Under the pieces are notes generated by a model. The model was not told where the DNA came from. It was given only the letters and a program-made list of their open reading frames with translations, and did no database searches. From a virus, in the IMG/VR virus record IMGVR_UViG_3300008255_000114, positions 1 to 64,000 of that record: a stretch of 64,000 nucleotides of DNA; one strand, written 5' to 3'. Positions within the stretch are counted from its first letter, which is position 1; each line of letters starts with the position of its first letter. This document shows positions 29,656-41,340 of the stretch, piece by piece. Made by a program: the position numbers and the translations under genes.

Positions 29656-30357
29656 TTGAAAAAGTTAACTGTAGAAGATCTGTTATACTTCCAAGAAGAA
29701 GTTATTAAATGGAATGAAAATTTTGGCAACCCAGTAAGTGATAAGAGTCTAATCAACACCTATATCAACCTCTCTAAGGAAGAATTTAATGGGGAAGGAG
29801 AATACTTAGATAGTTATAATAAACGTGATATGGAAGGACGTCTAGACGGATTAGTCGATAGCATCTTCACTGGGTTTATGTGGATGGCACTGGGTGACGA
29901 TAGTATTACTGGATTAGAACCTTGGCTTAACCACCTAATTGCAGGTAAAGGGGTGAGTACTTTAGTCACACCAGATATTATGACTACCATTGATAATATT
30001 GTAAACAAACTTGAGATTGAATACCTAAATGGTTATAAAGTTAATCTTCTTGATTTAATCATCCGTGAGCAACTAAACTTTGACATCCGTGGCGGTTTTG
30101 ATTTAGTGTTAAAGTCAAATTATAGCAAATCTATTCCAGTTGCACATTCTGACAAGGTTGAGAAAGAATTAATTGCTATTGAGAATAAAGGTAGGTATGC
30201 TGACTTGTTTAGTGAGGTTAATGGGGGTTGTATCATCCTTCGTGCACACAAGGATTTAGAAGAAGGCACTTACTTTCCAAAAGGTAAGATTGTTAAAGCA
30301 CCAAACTTCTTCCTATCAGTAGAAGATCTTGGTGGATTATCACAGTTTGTTTATTAA
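29656..30357 (+). CDS. MazG/PRA-PH-like NTP pyrophosphohydrolase
   Basis: EE..E...LDGLVD, V..SN.SK, GKIVK. Confidence 0.7.
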   Translation: MKKLTVEDLLYFQEEVIKWNENFGNPVSDKSLINTYINLSKEEFNGEGEYLDSYNKRDMEGRLDGLVDSIFTGFMWMALGDDSITGLEPWLNHLIAGKGVSTLVTPDIMTTIDNIVNKLEIEYLNGYKVNLLDLIIREQLNFDIRGGFDLVLKSNYSKSIPVAHSDKVEKELIAIENKGRYADLFSEVNGGCIILRAHKDLEEGTYFPKGKIVKAPNFFLSVEDLGGLSQFVY

Positions 30358-30851
30358 GGGGGTTTAAAATGAAAGAGATATTAACAGTAATAGTGGGGTT
30401 CATCATATTTGCAGTGGTACCTATTGCAGCTTGGTTTAATCATATCATAACATGCTTCCAAGAAGAGTTGTGGGGATTCTTGATTGCAGGAGCTATCATG
30501 TTCCCAATTGGTATTATTCATGGTATTTGGTTGTGGTTTTAGGAGGAGGTAACTATGTCAACAACAGAACGCAACAAAGGTACACTAAAATACGCTGGTA
30601 TTGATACAGAAAACTTCAGTGAAGATAACTTTGACACATACCGTGAAAATGGATACTTAGTAGTAGATGGAGATATTTACAAAGTTACTTACGAAGTAGA
30701 AGCAGAACAAGATGTTTGCGATTTTAGTGAAATCAAAGAAGAAGGAAATGGTACATTCTCATTCCACACCCTACACTATAATGGTGGCGGTAGTTTAGAG
30801 GGAGTACTAGAAGAAGCTTTAAATAAACTATATTAATAAGGAGAAACCCCC

Positions 30852-31322
30852 TTGAAAACAAAAGTAATAAGTGCTTTCCCTGCCAGTGGAAAGACACACC
30901 TATGTTCTATGCAAACCTTACTTGGTAAAACTATCTTAGATAGTGACAGCAGTAAATTCAGTTGGGTTCTAAATGAGTTTCAGGAGTCTACAGGTATTCG
31001 TAACCAAGAATTCCCTGCCAATTATATAAAACATATAAAAGAGAATATTGGTGAGGTAGATTATATCATGGTAAGCTCTCATGATGATGTTAAGAAAGCG
31101 CTAGAGGATGCTAATATAGAGTATACTTTAGTAATGCCAGAACCTGAACTAAAAGAAGAGTGGATTGGTAGATGTTGGTTAAGAGGAAGCCCAGAGTCAT
31201 TTATTAGATTAATAAATAGTATGTGGTCTGCGTGGACTGATCCAAAGAATCTCAGTATAAACTATAATCCTAAAGAGGTTATATTCTTAACTCATGGGCA
31301 GTATTTAGCAGACGTAATTTAA
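30852..31322 (+). CDS. Small P-loop kinase-like protein
   Basis: ISAFPASGKT, DSDSS. Confidence 0.6.
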   Translation: MKTKVISAFPASGKTHLCSMQTLLGKTILDSDSSKFSWVLNEFQESTGIRNQEFPANYIKHIKENIGEVDYIMVSSHDDVKKALEDANIEYTLVMPEPELKEEWIGRCWLRGSPESFIRLINSMWSAWTDPKNLSINYNPKEVIFLTHGQYLADVI

Positions 31323-31347
31323 TTATACATAAAGGAGAAATACAAAT

Positions 31348-32205
31348 ATGAAGTCATTAGTAATATATACATTAGCAACACCATTAGTATTCACAGCCCA
31401 ACAATTAGAGGATCACAAGTTTATTGAGTGTGGTACATTTGATGCGTCACGCTCAGGTTGGTCGCCAACAATTGAGGGTGAATACATTATGGAATTATCT
31501 GGTGGTGTAGATGTATTACGATTCACCACTCAGAGTAAGAAAGTAAACAAAGCCGAAGTTGAACGTAAACTTAAAGTGGTTGTAGATAATTATGTACAAG
31601 AGTATGGCACTAAACCTAACAAGTCTGAATTAAAGACTATGGAATCCGAGGTGACTGAGAGTTTACTACCTACAACTACTGCAGGTAAGGAACAACATGC
31701 TGCAGTTATTATTACCAAGGCTAAAGTGTATGTTGAAGGTAGCTATAAGCAAGCAGAACTCATTATAGCGAATCTTCGTGCAATCTTGGGTTCATTACCT
31801 GTACAAGTTGTAGAAGTGTCTGAGAACGTCACCAGTAAGCTTACAACTATGGTTAAGGATGAGTTAAACACTGACAAGTTTGTATTAGCCGACAAAGTGA
31901 GTTTGGTGACGCCAGATGAGTTGAAAGTATCTCAGACTAGCGGAAGTGTTTATGGTAGTGAAGCTGTAGATTTAGCAGCTAATGGTGCAACAGTGACAAG
32001 TTTACAATTAGAATATAATTCATTCACATTGTTTACACTCAAGGATGACTTTTCAATTTCAGGTATTAAGTTCTCTAAGGATTTAGTGGCAAACTTGGAG
32101 AAAGAGGATGAAGTTGGTAGTGTGATTTTACAAGTACAAGAAGTTATTAAATTAGTTGATGACTTGATTGAAGAGTTTGGTGGGTTGGTAAAAGAAGAAG
32201 ATTAA
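31348..32205 (+). CDS. rdgC: RdgC-like recombination-associated protein
   Basis: MKSL.IY, F.EC...SGWSP, LLP, LR..LGSLPV, F.L.DD..I..IKF. Confidence 0.8.
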   Translation: MKSLVIYTLATPLVFTAQQLEDHKFIECGTFDASRSGWSPTIEGEYIMELSGGVDVLRFTTQSKKVNKAEVERKLKVVVDNYVQEYGTKPNKSELKTMESEVTESLLPTTTAGKEQHAAVIITKAKVYVEGSYKQAELIIANLRAILGSLPVQVVEVSENVTSKLTTMVKDELNTDKFVLADKVSLVTPDELKVSQTSGSVYGSEAVDLAANGATVTSLQLEYNSFTLFTLKDDFSISGIKFSKDLVANLEKEDEVGSVILQVQEVIKLVDDLIEEFGGLVKEED

Positions 32206-32429
32206 TTATAATATAGACGCACACATGATTTGAAGGAGTTATGTGTGCTTGTTATTTGGAGGGATAATGACAAAACAAATTATTGAAGATCACTGTGATG
32301 AACTAAACCAACTTAAAAAGAAGTATGAATTAGTAGAATGATTATATGGGCTAGGTTTAGGTAATGCTGATATGTGGAAGTATAGAGGTGAGTTGAAACA
32401 GAATATTAAAGATATTGTTGGAGGTGACT

Positions 32430-33233
32430 ATGAGTAAAGACAAAAAGCTATCTTGTAATTCGGGTAGAATCCCCATTGTAGTTAATAAGATATACATATC
32501 ACTAAACTACGGGGAGTTTAATATAATTGAGTATAGGGATTGTTATGATATACTAATAGAATTCTTAGATACAGGCTACAACTACAGTGTACCAGCAAGT
32601 CAGATAAGAAGTGGGATGGTGAAAGATTATAGCGTTGCCACTGTGGTAGGTAAAGGCTATAACAGTGAAGGTAAGAGTAATAATGATGAAATAGACAAAC
32701 TGGCACTCCCTAGGTGGAAAGAAATGCTTAGGCGGTGTTACTCAGAAAAGTTCCATAAAGATAATCCAACTTACGCAGATTGTACTGTTATAGCTGAATG
32801 GCATGATTATAAAAATTTCAAAAAGTGGTTTAAGAGTAATTATATTCCTGTTAGTTTAATAAAATTAGACTTAGACAAAGATTTATTATCTAATTATAAG
32901 ACTAATATTTATTCACCTGATACATGTAGTCTAATCCCCTCTAATATAAACAGGTTGATAGTAAAATGTTCTACGTCTAAAAAAGATAACACTCTCATAG
33001 GGGTGGAGTTAATGCCTAACGGCAGATTCAGGGGCTACTGTAACGGAGTAGAAGGTACTAGAGTTGAGTTGGGCAGTTACAACACAGAAGTTGAAGCTTT
33101 TATAAAATATGCTGAATATAAGGACTATGTAATAAAAACTAAAGCACAGGAGTATAAGGATATTATATCAGATAGATTATATAAGGTATTATTAAATTAT
33201 AACACTAAAGAAAGATATTTGGGGGATAAATGA
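32430..33233 (+). CDS. HNH-type homing endonuclease (copy 2)
   Basis: WKEMLRRCY, PTY..C.V..EW..Y.NF..W, LDKDLL, YSPDTC. Confidence 0.75.
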   Translation: MSKDKKLSCNSGRIPIVVNKIYISLNYGEFNIIEYRDCYDILIEFLDTGYNYSVPASQIRSGMVKDYSVATVVGKGYNSEGKSNNDEIDKLALPRWKEMLRRCYSEKFHKDNPTYADCTVIAEWHDYKNFKKWFKSNYIPVSLIKLDLDKDLLSNYKTNIYSPDTCSLIPSNINRLIVKCSTSKKDNTLIGVELMPNGRFRGYCNGVEGTRVELGSYNTEVEAFIKYAEYKDYVIKTKAQEYKDIISDRLYKVLLNYNTKERYLGDK

Positions 33234-34651
33234 CATTTACGTTTAAAGTGGAAACAACTGGTTCAGGCCAAGATGATTTTGACGAAGGAAATATAAATTA
33301 CACACAAAAGCGTATTACATTTGACAATAAATATTTTACTAACATTCAAATAAAAGATGTTAGCTCTTTATTGACAGATGACTGTGTGCTGGGCATAGAT
33401 AGTGATACCATACCCTTCATGGCAGCTTCATTGCAAGATGATAACTACGTAACAGTTTCACATCCATCTTGGGGAGATGACAAGGAATTTAAGACAAAAA
33501 CAGATTTTAAAGGAGCTGCAAGGAAAGAAGGGGTTATTACACAAAAAAGCTGGTTGGGTATTGAGAATATGAAACTAGCTGCAGCGGGAAAGGAAGAATA
33601 TAAGTTAGAGGATTTCAAGATAGTTCAGAGTAAGCGTCTAAAGTTTGATAGAGATAAGGCTATGGGTTTTATTAAGTCCTACATTGATGACTACATAGCT
33701 GGTATAAAATTCCAAGCTGGATGTGATAAAGTATTCTGCTATTTAGGTAGTGGAGATAACCACAGGCATTTATTAAATCTTCCAGTAAAGTACAAAGAGG
33801 CTCGTAATGATAATGAACGACCAATCCTACTAAAAGAAGCTAGAGACTATTTAATTAGTAACTACCCATCAGAGGTTGTAGTAGGGAGAGAGGCTGATGA
33901 TAAAGTACAACAGTTTGGTTGGGAAGGTTGGTTACATTATAAAAAGACTGGCAAGTTCAATAAGTATATCAGTCTTTTGGATAAAGATGGCTACCAAGCA
34001 CCTTGTTTATTATTTTCATATAAGAAGACTGGACCTAAGTGGCTCCATCCAAATCCAGTGTTAATTAATTCAACTAACGAAGGGGTAGGTGAGATTGAGA
34101 TGGTAGGTAGTGATTGTAAAGCTACCGCACTAATGCAAGTTTGTTATCAGATGTTAACAGGCGACAGTAGTGATGGGTACCACCCTTACCTAAAGTTTCC
34201 AAAGGACATGCACCCAGAAACACCATACTCTGACGCAGGATTCTTTAAGGAATTCTTTATGTTAAAAACTCCGACTGAGTGCCTACAAAAAGTAGTAGAT
34301 AGATTCTTTGAGTGGTTTCCTAAGGGACTACAATACTCTTCTTGGAATGGGACTCATATAGACATTGATACATTATCTTGGTTATCTATGATGTTTGAGT
34401 GCGTATACATGCTTCGTTCTGATAATGATAAGACTAAGATTGAAGATTTATTAGTGAGGTTTAAGGTTGATTACTCTAAAATTATTGATAACAATAAACC
34501 AGTAGAAGTTAAGGAACCCACAACCGAGGTAACTAAAACCTTTATTGATTCTTTGGTAGCACTACTGTCCGATAACACAGGTAAGGTAGCGGATAAGAAT
34601 GCACGTAAAGAGGAAGTTATTACCCTACTTAATTCTCTATTGGCAGAATAA
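33230..34651 (+). CDS. 5'-3' exonuclease (PIN/FEN-like)
   Basis: IDSD, YK..R, EADD, DKD, MLTGDSSD acidic motifs. Confidence 0.8.
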   Translation: MTFTFKVETTGSGQDDFDEGNINYTQKRITFDNKYFTNIQIKDVSSLLTDDCVLGIDSDTIPFMAASLQDDNYVTVSHPSWGDDKEFKTKTDFKGAARKEGVITQKSWLGIENMKLAAAGKEEYKLEDFKIVQSKRLKFDRDKAMGFIKSYIDDYIAGIKFQAGCDKVFCYLGSGDNHRHLLNLPVKYKEARNDNERPILLKEARDYLISNYPSEVVVGREADDKVQQFGWEGWLHYKKTGKFNKYISLLDKDGYQAPCLLFSYKKTGPKWLHPNPVLINSTNEGVGEIEMVGSDCKATALMQVCYQMLTGDSSDGYHPYLKFPKDMHPETPYSDAGFFKEFFMLKTPTECLQKVVDRFFEWFPKGLQYSSWNGTHIDIDTLSWLSMMFECVYMLRSDNDKTKIEDLLVRFKVDYSKIIDNNKPVEVKEPTTEVTKTFIDSLVALLSDNTGKVADKNARKEEVITLLNSLLAE

Positions 34652-35796
34652 AACTTGACACCACAACCAGCTATGTTAAACTTCAGTATGGATAACTAAA
34701 ACATAGCTGATTAAATAGGAGGGTATTAACTTGGCACCGCCTAGAAAAGAAATATATAAATGGTTTAAAGTTGGGCTACCTAAAGATACAGTGTTCCAAC
34801 TGAAAGAGTATGTTAAACAACATCCCACTTTTACTGAGGCATATGAGAGTGCTGCGATTAAGGAGTTGGTGACAGAAGCTTTGAACTCTGATGCAGTTAA
34901 ACGTAACATTGAATTTGTTAGGTTGCTGGAGGAGATGGATCAATTATCTGTGAGAGACAAGGAAGGGTTACGTCTATGGACAGCTAAAAAGGATGAGTTG
35001 TTAGGTGTAGTTTGATACACTATTGTGTGTTATTTAAACTTAATTATTGATAAAGTGTAATATGTTACACAGGGGGATTAAATGATTTATTGGAAACAGA
35101 GTATACTCCTTATTGAAAGTGATACAGTTAAACAAGAGATATTTATTACTTTTATTGAGAGTATTATTGATTTATCTTACAAACTTAGGTATTCAGAATT
35201 AGATACCCGTAACACCATAACTCAATTACTCCAAATATATGCGAGAGGACTGGTTAGGTACGATGATTATAGAAATTTATTAGAGTTTGCTCCTTATCTG
35301 GCAAGTAATGGGGTGCATAGGACTATGAAGGAACACTTTCTATTATTCGATGGCATATCTGTTCAATATTTTATCTTACGTATGAAATTAGCTATTGAGG
35401 ATTTACGGTGAGGGCTAAACTAGAGAGGAAATGGTATGAGTTTTGTAAGTAAGCAGAAAGGTTATGCGCCTGTAGTTACAACAAGTATGTTACTACTCCT
35501 AGCTATAGTTTTAGGTGTAGTAGGTTGGAGTGTGATTGAGTTTATTTTGTGGGTATTCAGTTTTATACATGTGAGTTTTGGAGGTTAGATGGTTGTATTT
35601 GAAGGATACGAAAAGTGGTTTGATAGTTATACTATAACTAAAAAGGGTAGGTATGTAGTATTTTCAGTAGCGGACACAATACCATTTAATCTAGTAGAGG
35701 ATATTGAAGATACTTTTAATATAACCTTTGTGTCTTGTATTGGTGGAAAAAGTATTGTATTTAGTATAAACTATGATGATTAAATGTGGAGGTTAA

Positions 35797-36381
35797 TTGA
35801 AAGTATTAGGAATAGATCAATCATTATCTAAGTGCGCTTTCGTGCAACTTACAGATGGTGTGGTAGGAGATATGTACATATCTAAAACTGGTTCTGCTGG
35901 CGTTAAGGTTAAACGTCCAGATACAAGTTATTACCCCAAACTATCAGAACAGATTCATCAGATATGTGAAGATTTAAGACGGCAAGTTAATAATTACCAA
36001 CCTGATATCATAGTATTTGAATCACTTTCATATGGGTCTGTAGGGGATGCTAGTCGTAATTTAGCTGAACTTCACGGGGCATTAATGGAGACTCTAATAT
36101 GTATGGATTTCAAAGGTAAAGTAAGTGAGGTAGCACCAACTTCATTAAAGTCTTATGCACACCAGTACTTACATGAAGACTTACGATGGGACGGTTTAAC
36201 TAAAGCTAAGAAGCCTAAGAAAGTTAAAATGGATAAGAAATTAATGGTTTCCGCAGTAAGAGAGTTGTTTGGCCTTGACTATCTAAAGGGTTACAACTAC
36301 TCTAGTGGTCTAGACGACTTAGCAGACGCTACCTTCTTAGCACATAAGATATGGAAGGAACATGGTGAAGCGCAGAAGTAA
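35797..36381 (+). CDS. RuvC-like Holliday junction resolvase
   Basis: VLGIDQS, IVFES, PTSLK, K..MV, DDLADA. Confidence 0.85.
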   Translation: MKVLGIDQSLSKCAFVQLTDGVVGDMYISKTGSAGVKVKRPDTSYYPKLSEQIHQICEDLRRQVNNYQPDIIVFESLSYGSVGDASRNLAELHGALMETLICMDFKGKVSEVAPTSLKSYAHQYLHEDLRWDGLTKAKKPKKVKMDKKLMVSAVRELFGLDYLKGYNYSSGLDDLADATFLAHKIWKEHGEAQK

Positions 36382-36886
36382 AACTATTAGACTACACCCT
36401 AATATCTGGGTTAGAAGTGCAGAGGATATTAGAATAGTTCGTGGAATTAAATTAAAAGGGCAAGGTGGAGTTTGTGCTATAACCAAAGCTAAGATATCAA
36501 CTGGGGTCTTAGACCATGCACATGATGCTGCATCATTGAGTGAGGATGGACGGATACGCGGGGTGTTAGCAAACGAAGTTAATATGTTGGAAGGTAGGTT
36601 CCTCAAGTTATTCAAGAAGGCAAGAATACAAAGTAAATATGGTATAACTTTTGAAGATTTCTTAATTAACATGGGGACTTACCTGAAACAAAACAACTCT
36701 CAAGAAAAGTTCCACTTTAAATACATGGATGATTTTCGTAAGGTAGTTAAAAGATGGAGAAAGGCTGAGTTGCTACTGAGACTAGAGGAGGACTTTGGTA
36801 TTATCGCAAGTGATAAGACTTTGGTGACAGAGTTAGTACAAATATATGTGCAGCATTGGGTGTATAAAGTTGAAGCACTATTTTAA
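36362..36886 (+). CDS. Endonuclease VII-like protein
   Basis: QGGVCAI, VLDHAH, G.IRGVL...N.LEG. Confidence 0.8.
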   Translation: MVKRRSKTIRLHPNIWVRSAEDIRIVRGIKLKGQGGVCAITKAKISTGVLDHAHDAASLSEDGRIRGVLANEVNMLEGRFLKLFKKARIQSKYGITFEDFLINMGTYLKQNNSQEKFHFKYMDDFRKVVKRWRKAELLLRLEEDFGIIASDKTLVTELVQIYVQHWVYKVEALF

Positions 36887-37063
36887 GGAGATAATATGTT
36901 AACACAATATCGAGTATTACCACAACGTAACCAATTTGGAATGATTGTTATTGTGGATATGGCAAATAATATTGTTAAATTTACTAAGACTGTCACCGCT
37001 GCAGGTGACTGGATTGTTAAGAATACTAAAAATTCATAGTAAAATACTTAGAGGAGAAGATAC

Positions 37064-38656
37064 TTGAGTAATAAACGTATATTTAGTAATGATGATATCA
37101 TAGAAATCAAAAGACTTACAGCACAAGATGGTTTATCAAGTCGTAAGATTGCTGAGATTTATGGAGTTGGTAAGTCTACTATTGGGGACTTATTGAGAAA
37201 GGAAACATATACTGAATTCTGGGAAGAAGAAGATACAAAGCCAACAGCAGGTGGTAATATCCATAACCCGCTTGCACATAGGAAACAACTTAAAGGTAAT
37301 AAGTTTGTATTTACATCTGCACAAAACAATACTTATGTGCATAATGGTTTCCTTAAAGCCCTGTTAAGTTACTGTGAAGCAGAAGGTGCTGAGCTTATTT
37401 GTGGCAGATACCTCTATAATAAAAATGGTTATCAAGGTGGCAAAAATGACATTTGGTTCGACCCTAAAGTTAGGCCATATTTGCTAGCTGAAGGGAGAAC
37501 TATTGCAAAAGATTTAGTTTGGTGTGGAGAGCTTAATATCCTACCATCAGCAGTTAATCCGCTATCGGGGTTACAAAACTATACAAATGAGCAAAGTTCT
37601 ATTGTACCTCACGCAAAGATGCAACTAGAAAGTATGCCAACACCTAAGCATGACAGGGCTAGGTTAATGTACACTACGGGGACTATAACTCAGAGGAATT
37701 ATATTAATCGTAAGGAAGGTCAGAAGGCATCCCATGATCATATATTTGGGGCTGTGGTTGTAGAGGTTGATGAAGAAGGTGATTGGTTCGTAAGACAACT
37801 ACACGCAGAGTCAGACACAGGTACATTCTATGACTTAGATTCCAAGTATGAGTCTTCTGGTAAAATAACTCGCAATATAGCAATAGAAGCTGTAAACTAC
37901 GGAGACTTACATTCCGATAGTATTGCACCAGATGTAGAGTATGCTTGTTGGGAGGGAAAGGGTAATATCCTAGACACACTTAAACCAAGGTACCAACTTC
38001 TTCACGACGTTTTATCACAGTCCAGAAGAAGTCATCATAATATAAAATGCCCATTATATATGTTTAAACAATTCAAGATGGAGGAAGAGTCAGTAGAAGA
38101 AGAAGTATTATTGACAACAAAACTAATTGAGAAGCTAGACAGACCATTTAGTGAAAGGGTTGTTGTTGATAGTAACCATGATAGAGCTTTAGCTAGATTC
38201 TTAATAGAACAAGACTTCAAAAAAGACCCAGTTAATGCTGTATTTATGTTAAAGATGCTGCTAGCTACATATGAGAGTGTTGGTAGTAGGGATAACTTTC
38301 ACACCTTTGAATACGCTTGTCGTTTAGTAAACAGTAATATGGGCAATGTAAGGTTCTTGCGTGTAGATGAAAGCTTTAAAGTGGCAGGAAATATAGAGTG
38401 TGGTGCTCACTCAGATTTTGGCAACAACGGGGGTAGAGGTTCTATATTATCCTTCCAAAAATTAGGAACAAAGCATAATATAGGCCATTCACATAGTTGC
38501 GGGATAAAGGCTGGTGTTTATCAATCTGGCATGAGTGGAGATTTAGACCAAAAGTATAATAAAGGGGGCAGTAGTTGGTCACATAGTCATATTTTGACCT
38601 ATGAAAATGGTAAACGTACTATTATCACACAGAAAGGTAAGAAGTGGAGGGGTTAA
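37064..38656 (+). CDS. HTH + metallophosphoesterase-like protein
   Basis: N-terminal SSRKIAEIYGVGKSTI; GDLH, HD, SNHD, GHSH. Confidence 0.75.
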   Translation: MSNKRIFSNDDIIEIKRLTAQDGLSSRKIAEIYGVGKSTIGDLLRKETYTEFWEEEDTKPTAGGNIHNPLAHRKQLKGNKFVFTSAQNNTYVHNGFLKALLSYCEAEGAELICGRYLYNKNGYQGGKNDIWFDPKVRPYLLAEGRTIAKDLVWCGELNILPSAVNPLSGLQNYTNEQSSIVPHAKMQLESMPTPKHDRARLMYTTGTITQRNYINRKEGQKASHDHIFGAVVVEVDEEGDWFVRQLHAESDTGTFYDLDSKYESSGKITRNIAIEAVNYGDLHSDSIAPDVEYACWEGKGNILDTLKPRYQLLHDVLSQSRRSHHNIKCPLYMFKQFKMEEESVEEEVLLTTKLIEKLDRPFSERVVVDSNHDRALARFLIEQDFKKDPVNAVFMLKMLLATYESVGSRDNFHTFEYACRLVNSNMGNVRFLRVDESFKVAGNIECGAHSDFGNNGGRGSILSFQKLGTKHNIGHSHSCGIKAGVYQSGMSGDLDQKYNKGGSSWSHSHILTYENGKRTIITQKGKKWRG

Positions 38657-38657
38657 A

Positions 38658-39422
38658 ATGGCAGGTAAAAACACAAAGCCTAATGGACTTCATGTAGGTA
38701 AGAGGCTATTCAACACAGAAGGACAAGAGTTTGAAGTTGTTGAATACCTAGGGTCTAGGAAGGTTGCATGTGTATTTCTTGTGTCAGGATTTAAGACAGG
38801 GTACTTACAGGCTGGGAATGTGGTTCGTGGTAGGGTTAAAGATATGTTAAGTCCTTCAGTACAAGGTATCGGTTTCTTAGGTGCAGGAGATGCACCTACT
38901 AGAGATGGTCGTACTGGTCATCCAATATATGTAGCGTGGTGTGGTATGTTTGAGAGGTGTTACTCGGAGAAATATCACCTTACACGACCAACATATAGAG
39001 GGTGTTCTGTAGCAGAAGATTGGCACAATTATCAAGTATTCTATAAGTGGGCCGTGACTAGATATAGAAAAGGCTACCACCTAGATAAGGATATCTTAGT
39101 ACAAGGGAATAAAGTATATTCACCTTACACTTGCTGTTTTGTTCCTCAAGCTGTTAATAGTTTAGTTTCTTTTGTGTTAAAAGGTGATTGTAGTTTAGGG
39201 GTATCTAAGAGAAAGAAGAAAGGTACTACTGAGTTCAACGGAAGGTATAATGTTAATACTTCCTCCTGTTACCTTGGAAGGTTTGATTGTGAAAAAGAGG
39301 CTGCGGCTTGTTATAAAGAGTACAAGGAATTCTTATTCCAAGAGACAGCTACTATCTTACTGGAAAGGAACATTATCCCCACTAACGTAGCAGAGGCTCT
39401 TTTCTCTCGTGTAGTAAAATAG
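38658..39422 (+). CDS. HNH-type homing endonuclease (copy 3)
   Basis: W.GMFERCY, PTYRGCSV.EDW, LDKDIL..GNKVYSP.TC. Confidence 0.75.
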   Translation: MAGKNTKPNGLHVGKRLFNTEGQEFEVVEYLGSRKVACVFLVSGFKTGYLQAGNVVRGRVKDMLSPSVQGIGFLGAGDAPTRDGRTGHPIYVAWCGMFERCYSEKYHLTRPTYRGCSVAEDWHNYQVFYKWAVTRYRKGYHLDKDILVQGNKVYSPYTCCFVPQAVNSLVSFVLKGDCSLGVSKRKKKGTTEFNGRYNVNTSSCYLGRFDCEKEAAACYKEYKEFLFQETATILLERNIIPTNVAEALFSRVVK

Positions 39423-40491
39423 AACATTGACACAACGTAAAGTTACACTAAAATAAAGGAGAACCAAAATGAACTTAGAAACACGTAACTTCGTTACATC
39501 GCTATTAAATAAATACAACTCATATCAAAATGTTGTTGACATTGAATCTAACTTGACAGATAATACTTCTGTACTAGGGAGCATCAACGGTAACATTATT
39601 GAAATTGAGGATAAAGACATCACACTAATCCTACTTGAATTGTGTGAAGCACTCAATGTATTCGATGAAGTCTTAACAATGCCAGTAGATACCGATCCTA
39701 AATTACTGGCAGAATTGAAATCCTACATGGAAGAGTTTCGTTTGAAAGGAGACTTAAAAGTTTACTGTGGACTACAACTTGCACAAGGAATAAATAATGT
39801 CGATTGATATCCAAGTAATGTTGACATTCTTTATATTTATGATAATCTGTGTTGCAACTAACAAAGATATGTCGGTTAAAGAATTCAAGTCACAAATTTT
39901 AATGGTTATGATGAGTGGTATTGGTTGGGCTATATTTAAGCTGATTAATATTGCTAATGGGTTTTATATTTAGAGGAGAATATCATGATTGATAAAGTAG
40001 AAGCTGGTAAACGGTATAAATTGGTAGATAGAGAGGCATACCTTAGTAACCACCGATGTAATCTGCCTACATATGCAAAGTGGTTTAAAGATGATATGAT
40101 TACTGTAGATTATGTGGATAAGGGAAATGGTTTTGTAGAGGGAAATACCTCTAGTGTGGTAGGTTTAAGCGAGTTTAGCCTATTTGAACTAGTAGATGAT
40201 TTAGTCCCTCTCACCGAATTAACACTCCAATTCGGTGAATTAGATAATCAGACTAAAAAGGATTTAGTATGTGCAAGTATTGATGGTGCTGTGATTGAAT
40301 ATCTATTCCCAAAAAGCACACGTTGGGTAGTGGTAACACGAGACACCCACCTAGAATTCTGGAATAATTGTGCATATCGAGTAAAACCTCCTGTATCAGA
40401 AAAGGACAAACTAATTGCTGCAGCACAGCAGAAGTTAAAGGACGCACAAGAAGAATTGGCAAAAGCTCAAGGTTTATAAAAGGAGGTTGTA

Positions 40492-41331
40492 TTGTCAGTA
40501 AACTATGAGCAACAATACCTTGAGCTGGGTCAACGTATCCTAACTGAAGGTGTATGGGTTGATAATGTACGAACAGGTAGACGTTGCTTGACTATACCAG
40601 AACACACATTATGGTATAAACCTGAAGAAATTCCTCTATTATCTACTAAGAAGAGTTTCCCAGTATCAGCTTGGGCAGAGATGTTGGGTTACCTTCGTAG
40701 ATATGAATGGGCTGACCAGTTTGATAAGATTGGTACTAGAAGTTGGTATTGCAACGCAAACGAAACCAAAGATTGGATTAACAACCCACACCGTAAGGGA
40801 GAAAACCACTTAGGTCTTGTTTATGGCGCGGCTCTTGAGGACTGGGAATTATGGGATTTATTCACCAAGCTAATGTCGGGTATTGATGATAGGCGCATGA
40901 TGATTAACTTCTGGAGGCCTGAGAAGTTCCAGTATGGATGTATCACACCATGTATGTATAAACACTCATTCACTATATTAGACAGAACACTACATATGTG
41001 TTCAGAGAGTAGAAGTTTAGATTACGGGCTTGGTGGTAACTTTAACTCATTACAATGCTGGATTATGCTGAAGATGATATGTCATGTAACAGGTTTAAAA
41101 ATGGGGAGAATTAAACATAATATTATTAATGCACATATTTATGATTCCCATATTGATGGGGTTAAAGAGCAGTTAAGCCGTACCCCTAATAAACTAAATG
41201 TAGAGTTTAAAGTTGAAGATTGGGTTAGTAGTTTTAGTGACTTAGTTGTAGAAGATATCCATGCAAGGGACTATTTCACATTGACAGGGTATAAACCTCA
41301 AGGTAAGATTGACTTTGATTTAGTGGCTTAA
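40492..41331 (+). CDS. thyA: Thymidylate synthase
   Basis: YEQQYL, RTG, PLL.TKK, LG.VYG, DDRR, PC, RS.D..LG..FN, AHIY..H. Confidence 0.92.
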   Translation: MSVNYEQQYLELGQRILTEGVWVDNVRTGRRCLTIPEHTLWYKPEEIPLLSTKKSFPVSAWAEMLGYLRRYEWADQFDKIGTRSWYCNANETKDWINNPHRKGENHLGLVYGAALEDWELWDLFTKLMSGIDDRRMMINFWRPEKFQYGCITPCMYKHSFTILDRTLHMCSESRSLDYGLGGNFNSLQCWIMLKMICHVTGLKMGRIKHNIINAHIYDSHIDGVKEQLSRTPNKLNVEFKVEDWVSSFSDLVVEDIHARDYFTLTGYKPQGKIDFDLVA

Positions 41332-41340
41332 GGAGTTAGT

